Source: Octopus sinensis (lineage: Eukaryota). From it: DNA of 64,000 bases. Numbering within the stretch: position 1 is the stretch's first letter; the number at the start of each line of letters is the position of its first letter. The stretch spans positions 127,100,001 to 127,164,000 of the forward strand of contig NC_042998.1 of assembly GCF_006345805.1 (NCBI RefSeq), read 5' to 3'. Under the pieces are notes generated by a model that made no database searches, was not told where the DNA came from, and was given only the letters and a program-made list of their open reading frames with translations. Below are positions 54,270 through 64,000 of this stretch, in pieces. Made by a program: the position numbers and the translations under genes.

Positions 54270-54452
54270 ATCTTAAACGTCCCCGGTGTTCTCTCTTAAA
54301 CGTCCCCGGTGGTCTCTCTTAAACGTCCCCGGTGTTCTCCTCTTAAACGTCCCCGGTGTTCTCCTCTTAAACGTCCCCGGTGTTCTCTCTTAAACGTCCC
54401 CGGTGTTCTCTCTTAAACGTCCCCGGTATTCTCTCTTAAACGTCCCCGGTCG
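54270..54452. repeat. Tandem array, 8 copies of a 23/24-bp unit cttaaacgtccccggtgttctc(c)t, at the element's 5' end
   Basis: aaacgtccccgg occurs 8 times with a 23-24 bp period and no unique spacers. Confidence 0.95.
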
Positions 54453-54472
54453 TTTATTATTATTATTATTAA

Positions 54473-54538
<66 letters not shown>

Positions 54539-54715
54539 TCTCACCTATCAATTTTGGTTCCATTTCTTACGGAATCTTTTCCCAACACCTAGAGCAATGA
54601 ATCTCGCTAGGCCATTAAACTAAAGACACCAGATTGTTCATTTGCAAAGTTATGAGATAGACAAAAGAAGACAGAGAGAAAATGGAAAGAAGAAAAAATA
54701 TTATTATTATTGTTG

Positions 54716-54746
<31 letters not shown>

Positions 54747-54749
54747 AAT

Positions 54750-54807
<58 letters not shown>

Positions 54808-54924
54808 CATTATTATTATTATTATTATTGTTATTATTATCATTATTATTATTATTATTATTATTAATATTATTATTATTATTATTATTGTTATTATTAT
54901 TATTATCATTATTATTATTATGAG

Positions 54925-57060
54925 CGTTATTATTAATTTGATCTATGCATGCAGCTCCAAGTAATGCCGACTCTTGCAATACACCTATAGATTGTAGGGT
55001 ATTTCTGAAGTTTCCAGATGTTTCTTCAGGTTGGGTGATATTGAAGCCCATGCTCCGTTGGCAACAGGGAAAACTTTGTTTGATACTCGTAGATGCCACA
55101 TCTTGGTAATCTCAATTCTCAGGACTCCATATTTATCAATCTTCACTCTTTCTTTCATGATGTTGATCTCCCGGCACTGCCACGTCGATTATTCGGCACT
55201 CTTGTTTCTTCCTCTTAAATGTTATTATATCCGTCCTTAGATGCTCTAACAATTTTTCTGCCTGGAAGACAATCCCAGAGGATTTTTGCCCACCCCTTTT
55301 CGTCCATTACCTTTTCGGTGTATGTTGATACCAAAAACCCGTTACCTCTTATTCGTACTTCTGGCATAGTAGCCAGTGGACGTTTCGACTTTTACAAGCA
55401 CTAGCAGTGTGTGAGTTACGCTTTCGGCTCTCTTTCCACACATTCTACAAAGGTTCGTTGCACCTGTGTGGTACACATCGCTTTTCACTGTGTTGGTATT
55501 CAATGCTTGATCCTAGGCAGAAACGATTAGGCTTTCAGACTTCTTTTTTAGGTCACCCTTGTTGAGCCACCTGAATAATGCTTTCTGGTCTGTTAAGTTG
55601 TTAGTTCACGGTGCTTTCCCGTGCTTTCCCGTACGCAAATCATCCCACGTCCATCTTTATACCTATTCATGTAGAGCCTGTGTACGTTTGCCTTTGGGTT
55701 GAGGGCACCTTGCATTGTCATTGTCTTTCGGGTAGTGATCGAGTTGGTTAATCTCCGCTTGTGTCCATTTCAGGATGGTTGCACTTTAGCGGACTACGGC
55801 AACAGCTCATATGTTGATGGCAGTCACAAGGTTCCTTGAGTTGAGTTTTGATTTCAAAAGAAGTGTGAGGCGCTTCAAATGTGAAGAGATGACCTTGTCT
55901 TTCATTTCTCTGTGCAAGATATCGTCCAGATCCAGCATACCAAAGTACTTGTACTCGTTATCATCCGGGTCTTCCATTCTCTCTCCGTCTAGCAGTTGTA
56001 TGCCCCTACAATCTGCTCTTTTACCCCGTTTCAAAGTGAGCACCGCAGACTTTGAGATACCGAATTTCGTACCGATAATCTTGCTGCACATTTGCACAGT
56101 CTCAACCAATCTTTCCATTTCAGGCTCTGTCTTTGCGAACAGTTTTAAATTATTCATGAAGAGAAGGTGGTTGAGACGAGGTCCATTCTTTCTCAGCACA
56201 TAGTGCGCATTGACTTTGCGAAGGACTACTGAAAGTTGGATCAAGGCTATAACAAATAAGAAAGGTGCCCAAGAGTTTCCTTAGAAGATACCTCTATTGG
56301 TTGCTAAGTGCTGGTTGTTACAGATAAGACGTATTTTCCAACTAGGCATGCTGTTCTTAATCAGTGCACACACGTTCTCAGCTATTCCACATATGTCGAT
56401 TGTTCGCAAAATCTGCGAATGCAGGAACATGTAAGGCTTTTTGAAGTATATCCAGGTCATGCACACGTCCTTTTGGTACCGTTTGCAGTTCTTCATTACA
56501 ACCTTGTATATCAGAAGGTACTCCTTAATATCCTTGGATCCTTTTGGGCATCCCTTTTGTTCTATCGGAAGTATATTGTTTCCCGCAAGGAACGTATATA
56601 TTTTCTCTGCAAGGATACTTGTTAACACATACCATAGGAAGTTAAGACAAGCAACGGGTCGGTAATTGCAAACCTCATTGCCCTTTGACCGATCTTTCCT
56701 CTATAATGTTGTATTTCCCTCGATAATCCACTCCGGAACTGCACCAATCTGTAGGCTATTGTCTAATTGAAACGCAATTCGCTTGTGTGTTGATTTAAAC
56801 CTCTTGAGCCATTAGCCTTCAATTCCGTCTTCTCCCGCCGCTTTCCAGTTTGGCAGTTTTGGAGCCTCCGGGTGATGGAGTTCGGATCTCAGGGAATGAA
56901 TCCACTCGGCACCGTGGTTGTAGGAAACGCCTCGCCCTCAAATCTTATTTTAAAACAGGCGGGTTTCCTCTGCTTGAGGTGGAATATTATCTTCTGTATC
57001 TCCTCTTAAGCTCTTAAAATCTTTAATCCATATGTTACAAATGGTCTGGATATCTGGGAC
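54925..57060 (-). mobile_element. R4/Dong-type element, 5'-truncated and decayed, ending in a (TAA)n tract (54690-54925)
   Basis: NYRPVACL..IEQKGCPKGSK..NHLLFMNNLKLF..YKYFGMLD..LLLKSKLNSRNLVTAIN, and C-terminal VLQESALLGAAC. Confidence 0.85.
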
Positions 57061-57399
57061 TATAAAAATCTGCAAGAACTTCTTAAGGTTTCAAGGATGA
57101 CGTTTGAATCAAGATGTTTTCCTTCACAACCTTATTGAAAAGAGAAACTGAACATACATACATACATACATGCATACATACATACATACATACATACATA
57201 CATACATAAATACATACATACATACATACATACATCATATTATAATATATTTGCAGCATTAAAATGTTTCATAAACTCATAACCGTAAAATTTCGAAATA
57301 AACGAATGAAAAGAAATGCAGAAGGAGAGCAATAGATTTTGTTTTACTGAATATATTAATAGCTAGTATTTAAAAAGCCGTTGATAAGAGTGAATAAAG

Positions 57400-58050
57400 A
57401 TTATCGGTAGTTCTGAACTACAACTGTATGTGCAAATAAAGGGATGTAAATAATAAACGAGAGTATACTGTATCCTCTTGTTTTCGATGTTCTACTCCTT
57501 GGCTTTGCGGTGTGTGGTTTTGATAGATTGTAATATCCAAAGTTTTAATTTCCTGAGACATTTTCTTTCAGAAGAAGCATTTGCATGAATGCTTAAATTA
57601 GATATGCAGTACGTGAACAGTACTTCTGATGTAAGGTTCACCAGATACTTTACATGACATGCTGTATGCCAAGTAAGCTCGTCAACACAACCATTTTGTT
57701 GTTAAGACAGGAGTTGATCAGTGTGCATACTTTATCGCTGTGTGTGTGGGCTGATCCTGAGATAGATATTTTTATCTGTGGTGCTCGGAAGTTCCAGCTG
57801 TATATCTAGTAACTTTTATCGATCTCTCGCTGGATACAGCTACAAATTTGTCATCAAATTGCAGCTGTATTACATGAGAAGTACATTTATTGGAGGAGTG
57901 AATTTTCTTTCTGATTTAAGACCATACAAGGAGCTGGTAAATAGTGCTGAGCAGCCATTGCCAGTCATTGGTGTTAGCGCTCTTATCCACAGCTTTTTTG
58001 TATTTTTTCCATACACGAGAAACTTCATTTCACACGTAAGGTTGACTATT
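57400..58050 (-). mobile_element. Old RTE-like LINE RT fragment
   Basis: IRKKIHSSNK..VIQLQFDD (a damaged LQFADD) followed by HVKYL. Spacing is consistent with RT motifs 5-7. Heavily decayed. Confidence 0.4.
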
Positions 58051-58437
58051 AAATAAAGCTGATTCTTAATGCACAGACAGACACCTGCGCACAACGCTCA
58101 TATAGAAGTTGGTATTTGTAAAAACTTTCTGTTATTCTGTAAGTCAAAGCAGAAGAAACATCTGGTGTCGTCGAAAGTTTCAATTCCATTTCATACATAC
58201 ACATATATACTCGGAGAGTGACAGAGAAAGAGGGAGAGATACAGAGAGGAATATAAAAGTATTTAAAATTTCGTTAAAGATTGAATTTTGTCTCTTTTTA
58301 AGAAGCAACGCAGCATAACGTGTACACATTCTCATGTAAGATACTGATTCCGATAAACATACAAAAATGTATATAGACTGATAGTCAACAAACCATAGTA
58401 CCACAAGGATACTGCTTTTCAATTCTCACTTACAGAT

Positions 58438-58670
58438 TAGTGGCCGTATGTTAAGAAGATTGTCTCCTGGGTTCAGTCCCAGTGCTTGAAACTTTGGAAA
58501 GCTTACTATAGCCTCGGGCCGCTCAAAAATCTTGTGAGTGAATTTGGTTGACGGAAACTGAAAGAAGCCCGTTGTTTTCATATATATATATATATATATT
58601 TATATATTTGTGTGTGTGTGTGTTTGCATATGCGTTTGTCCGCCACCACCACTTGACAACCGGTTTGGAT
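58438..58670 (+). mobile_element. tRNA-derived SINE (same family as 5462-5913)
   Basis: gggttcagtccc..ctatagcctcgggccg..cttgtgagtgaatttggttgacggaaactgaaagaagcccgt, followed by internal TA/TG repeats. Confidence 0.75.
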
Positions 58671-59651
58671 GAATTTGAAACAAACATTTGATATAAGCAC
58701 AGTTTCAAACACTCTTTCTACGTTCTTTGCACTCATATCTCCGTTGCCGAAGGCAAATTTTTATTCTACTCCCAGGGAAATTTTCATTTTGAGGATCTCA
58801 GAAATGAAAGAATATTCTGATGTAGCGATTTTTCAGTTTCGTAACCACTGGAAATTTTTTAATTCGCGTTACAATCCATTGAACCATGCGGCTTTTATCC
58901 AATTGTCTATTTTTATGTTCTATAGATTCTACATCTACTATGGCCTGCGCAAGTTTTGGTATAAACAGAATGGGACAATAAAATTTAAGTAATACACGTT
59001 CATGCAAAAATATTAGTGGAAATTGTGAGATACGAACCACTATCACTTTTACTTAAAGATGTATTGCCTTCTCTACTCAGCCAGCTATCTCACTCATATT
59101 CGTTTTTTATACAAGTGTAGTAGTGTAAATTTGATATTTAAGCCTGGCTGACAACTTGGTAACTTCTACTTATTGAAATCTGGCACATTCCTGATGAAGC
59201 TGACCTGCGGTGTTTCAAGTGCAAATTCAATTCTCGGACATAAAAACAGACACACACACATACACAAACACGCACACGCGCACACAAACACAGATACACA
59301 CACGCACGTTTCAAGCACGAAGAAATAAAATTCAGACACCAACAATGATAGCTTATATATCATGTTATATAGCGTACATGAGCACACTCTAGATTCCAAT
59401 TAACAATATTACATTATTAGAAAAGGAAGATACACGCAAATATAAATGTAAATAATACTGTGAATAAAGGTTAATAACATTTTTTCCTAATCTCAAAAAC
59501 GAATGAAAGATGAACGAAAATATTCAAAATTATAAGAAAATAAAAACTAAACAGTAAAAATACAACGAAAAACAGAAAAGTACTCCTGGCTATGAATCAA
59601 AAACAGAGATAAAAATATATAGAAACGCATTTTGATTACAATATCTATATC

Positions 59652-59740
<89 letters not shown>

Positions 59741-59768
59741 TACATATACATATATGTGTGTGTGTATG

Positions 59769-59826
<58 letters not shown>

Positions 59827-60285
59827 TATACATACACAAAATTTACATGTATCTATGTGTTTGTGTGTGTGCGTGAGTGTGAGTATGCAGGCAACGGCGA
59901 TAATCTCTGTGATATATATATAATAGTTTTTAGCTAATTCTATGTTTCATTCCTTCGTTTTACGTCAACGACATATCATATTCTATATTAGCATCGTCTT
60001 CTTCTTATTTTCGATTTTTAGCGCCATTATTTTTGGCGATATTTAATATTGAATATTACATTAAATAATAACGGTAGTTGAAAAACATCTGCGCATTTGT
60101 TTTACTATTTTCACTTTATCTTTGCATTTTGGACAACTATTTGGCTTCCACATATTTTCAAGAATTCTTCGAGATAGTACTTCATTCTTCTACTACAACT
60201 AGTAATTATCTATGAGGAAGGAAAATACGCCGTAAATCTTTTGTTGAATAATTAATTGATATAAGTGAAATATATGTATATGTGT

Positions 60286-60403
<118 letters not shown>

Positions 60404-60443
60404 CATTCGTGTGTTTGGGTGTGCATAAATATATGTATGTATA

Positions 60444-60474
<31 letters not shown>

Positions 60475-60512
60475 GTAACCTGACTGATATTATATATATG
60501 TATGTGTGTATG

Positions 60513-60550
<38 letters not shown>

Positions 60551-60849
60551 TAAGCATATATAAATACATATAGGTACATACCTACATATATATGTATGTA
60601 TACATGCATATATACGTAGAGGCCATCAAAAAAGCGTTGGACACAATGAGAAACGAAAACATGAAAACAAAAAGATAGAAAACGAACATCGTATTTATAT
60701 GTTTAATCTTGGCGTACCTGTTGATGAAAACTTCATCAAGCAAATTATTTTATTTGCTAATTTAAATTCAGAATCCCTGGTGCAGGAAATAGATGGTAAA
60801 TGTTTTTATTTTTCATTTCCTTCGAAATTTATCCCCAATAGTGGTTTGG

Positions 60850-60935
60850 ACTGACAAGGTGATTTAATTGGGCTACTGATGAAGATTAATCAAATCTGAA
60901 ATCATCGATGTGATGATTTAATTTCCCTTGTCAGT
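60850..60935 (+). ncRNA. Type I hammerhead ribozyme, canonical core
   Basis: CTGATGA 60876-60882; stem II agatt/aatct with loop aatca; GAAA 60898-60901; stem III tcatc/gatga with loop gatgt; U16.1 at 60917 and H17=U at 60918. Stem I has a weak proximal part and a perfect distal 10-bp helix actgacaagg/ccttgtcagt. Confidence 0.75.
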
Positions 60936-61289
60936 GGTTAGATAAGTGCTCTCATGTGGCTAGGAGTTGTTTTGATTCTTATTTCTAGCAGTGTTCGTAC
61001 TGACTAGCACCCCCAGTCACTTTAGTAACGACTATACTTGTGCCTTTCGGTTGTAATTTGCGAATAGCCACCTTAACAATTTATACACAGACACCACGTA
61101 CCTGTAACTTAGCGGCTTGCCAAAACAGACTAATAGAATAAGTACCAGGCTTAACTATTCTCAAGGAGCTTTTTTGATACACTTTTTGAGTAATCAAAAA
61201 ATTATAGAAATTTGCTTGATAAGGGAAATATAGAAATTTGTCTATTTCGATAATGGTTAATCAACATATTGATCAACTGAACTTATCGA

Positions 61290-62200
61290 TCATTGAATTA
61301 GTGATACACGAAATGAGAAGAGAGGAAGAAGAAAGGCGAAATGTACATTTGGTGCAATTTAGTCAACAGGGATAGTGACTGAGATGGGAGGCATATGTGA
61401 TCAGTCGCAGAATCTCATGGATGGAACTTTGGGGTTGGGAACAAGCAAGAACATCCTTCTTGATCAAGTCTACCTTTGACGTTCTACCCTCGCCGGCGAA
61501 CTTAGTCCGGTGGAACATAAAAACAACCGATGAATGTAGATCCGGAGAGAAAGCGACGGTTAGACATATTCTGTCAAACTGCAGACTAGCATTAGAAAGG
61601 TATACATGGCGTCATAATCAAGTCCTTGGCGTCATAATCGCAGCACTCAAGAAGATCGAGAGATACAATTGGGGAGAATACCTAAAAGTGAAAAAGCGCG
61701 GGAAGGTATAGTTCCAGTAGGAGGGAAAAGAACATAAGACCAGGCCTACAAATAAAATATACGAGATAGACGAAAGATGGAAGGGATACCGGGAGCTGGC
61801 GACGGATTTGGAAAGACTAGTAATATTTTCACTCATAAACACAACAAAAAGACCAGACTTAGTCCTATGGGACAGAGAACGGAGAATAACTGACAGTGCC
61901 ATGGGATGAGAACATCGACAATGCAGAGAAACGAAAGGAGAAGAGGTATGAAAAACTAATCGAAGAGAGCAGAGAACAGGGATGGACTGTGGAGTATTAC
62001 CACCTGGCAGTGGGGCTAGGGGCTTCATTGAAAGAAAAATGACAACGTTATTCAAAAGAAGATTTGCGTATTCTAACTCGGAGCTGAGAAAACTAATATG
62101 GAGAATACAAGAGGCGGTCGAAAAAGCCAACTTCTATATAAGGCTGAAGCGGGAAGACCAAAAATGGCTTGAAAGTCATAACATGCTGGCAGGAATATAA
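61290..62200 (+). mobile_element. HERO-like (R2-superfamily) RLE retrotransposon 3' fragment
   Basis: ISWMELWGWEQARTSFLIKSTFDVLPSPANLVRW..CRSGEKATVRHILSNC..RYTWRHNQVL, then KRPDLVLWD, LTVPWDENIDNAEKRKEKRYEKL..GWT..RGF. The clade assignment is from motif recall. Confidence 0.8.
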
Positions 62201-63521
62201 CATCACTTGGTGAAACAGGCTGACACTGAAGTAGCTTCGCTGACTGACAGGTGACGGTCTCGTTTAGAGAATGCGTGGGCTAAGACTACGCGCCCTCTAT
62301 TGGTCAATTAAAGTTGAGACAGTGTCACTTGACAACTTGCTGGGGCTGCCTGCTGGAGCCTATTAGCAGGTATTTAAAGGGAAATTTGACAAGACAGTCA
62401 GTCGCCCGCTGACACTCATTGACGCTACACCGAAGAGGCCAGGGAACAGAAGAAAGAAGAAAGAAGACATGTACTCAACACCAGAGCTGAAGAGACCTCC
62501 GAAAAGGGGGGCACGTCAAAACGGTAGAAGAGTAGGGTCCGAAACCGGACGTGGTTCCTCCTGATGATGTCTTGAGCTAACTGGATCCTATAAAGGAGCT
62601 GTTGTGGTAGCAAGCCATGAAACATGGTTGAAATTCCTCTATAAGCAGTAGGTTTTTTTCTGCAGATACCTGTACACTACATGAAACTTTCAGTCCAAAT
62701 CAACATGATGCTGTATAACAAAATTGAACATTTGAATCACAGAGTCTATCTCACGGGCTTCCGCCTAATTGCTCTCTTTCCTATTTCATTTATAATCTTA
62801 GTTATGGTGAAAGGCTTATGTAGTAGATACCACACAATGAGATCGACCTCGAGACAACCCCTGATTGCAAGGCGAATTTCTGAAATATCTGGCTATGCTA
62901 AATTCATACTAATCCCCCCACACACACACACCGGTTTATCGACAAGGTATATGAAAATTAGACATCGAGGGTGTTTTCATTCCAACTGCTAAAGACAGCC
63001 GACAGAATTTCCACAAACTAAATACCAAAATTTTTGGAAAGCTACGACATATTGACCAAGAGTTATAGTATTGTTATAGGAAGAACATGTTTGGTCCTCT
63101 GTTTTCTCAGTAACGATGGATATGGTTGTAAAATAAAACAAACATAAATACTCTGAAGATCTTACCAGATTTCTGGCGGCCCCTACGTATCTTGGGTCCA
63201 GAAAACGTATATGATGAGGTTTGCTGGGAATGTAGATATGAAAAATAACTTGAACTTATATCGCATATAGAGGTGGTAGAAAGCTTTCTAAAATCACTAT
63301 GAGAAATAACATTTAATACCTGTATACTTATACGTTAATTTATTGACTTTTAGACATATTTCGCTATCACTTAAAAAAAAAAGAAGCAGAAACCCCACAT
63401 GAACTAATAGGATTTGATGAGTGTTGTTTCAAATAATTAGATAATTATTTTGTTTTAAAAAAAGAAAATGTATACTTCACAAATTTAAACACATCTGACA
63501 GACACATACTGATGCTTATAT

Positions 63522-63522
<1 letters not shown>

Positions 63523-63594
<72 letters not shown>

Positions 63595-63634
63595 ACTACT
63601 ACTACTACTACTACTACCACTACTACTACTATTA

Positions 63635-63666
<32 letters not shown>

Positions 63667-63680
63667 ATTGTTGTTGCTAC
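63523..63680. repeat. Compound (TAC)n-(TGC)n-(TAC)n-(TGC)n microsatellite
   Basis: Seen directly. Confidence 0.95.
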
Positions 63681-64000
63681 AGTAACTAGTATTCACACAC
63701 CCACACACATGCATGAATATTCACTCACAGACAAAATCTCAACTACACATCCGTACGCTTATATGCAATTACACAATCGTAAACACACATATACACATAC
63801 ATAATACGCATGTATGTACATGTCTGTGTGTGTTTCTGTGTGTATATCTGTGTGTGTGTGAGTGTACACATATAAACACAGACATACGTACATAGAGAAA
63901 CATGCCAACACATGTATAAATGAACTCATTAACATCTTTATATAGACATGAAATCTAAAGTAATATTTTTAGAAGAGACATCAACAGGAGGATGTTTTGA

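Larger units (their letters stand above)
50182..54452 (-). mobile_element. Near-complete R4/Dong-type RLE non-LTR retrotransposon inserted in (TAA)n
   Basis: Flanked by (TAA)n on the minus strand at both ends (50124-50181 and 54453-54535). It has a 5' tandem array, a single long ORF split into four track ORFs and a ~100-bp 3' UTR. Established knowledge: Dong elements of the R4 clade target TAA repeats. Confidence 0.95.

Noticed and set aside
54270-54452. Regular ~23-bp repeats resembling a CRISPR array
   Set aside because: Units are directly tandem with no unique spacers, the context is eukaryotic and there are no cas genes.
57790-57900. Minus-strand HVIQLQFDDKFVAVSSERSIKV resembling a WD40 repeat
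   Set aside because: Better explained as a damaged RT LQFADD motif, given flanking RTE-like motifs, stops and no splice context.
59185-59230. Other isolated CTGANGA hits (59190, 41077, 39115 minus, 33262 minus, 4587)
   Set aside because: None is followed by stem II + GAAA + stem III + UH.

Overview
AT-rich, microsatellite-dense animal genomic DNA. The repeat content (tRNA-headed SINEs, R4/Dong LINEs in TAA tracts, K02A2.6-like Gypsy) suggests a cephalopod such as Octopus; this is inference from pattern recognition, not a database result. No host protein-coding gene can be supported, and nearly all ORFs in the track are microsatellite translations or transposon remnants. Recognisable content: (1) a Penelope-like (PLE) RT fragment at the start; (2) two ~0.5 kb fold-back elements (1121-1640, 35235-35705) and a single-arm relative (3649-3860), all carrying PLE-type minimal hammerhead-ribozyme (HHR) motifs; (3) a decayed Gypsy LTR element (10.2-14.6 kb) interrupted by a younger CR1/L2-group LINE 3' end with an intact 193-aa frame; (4) a DD34D mariner pseudogene; (5) a cluster of about 7 R4/Dong-type RLE retrotransposon pieces at 41.3-57.1 kb, polarised with trinucleotide tracts. 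One of these is near-complete (50182-54452), with an 8x23-bp 5' array, a GAA expansion inside its ORF and two single-base homopolymer frameshifts; (6) a HERO-like RLE 3' fragment; (7) many SINEs and old LINE fragments. The best candidate for something undescribed is a stand-alone, fully canonical type I hammerhead ribozyme at 60850-60935, outside any transposon I can recognise. All structures were read by eye and need computational confirmation.
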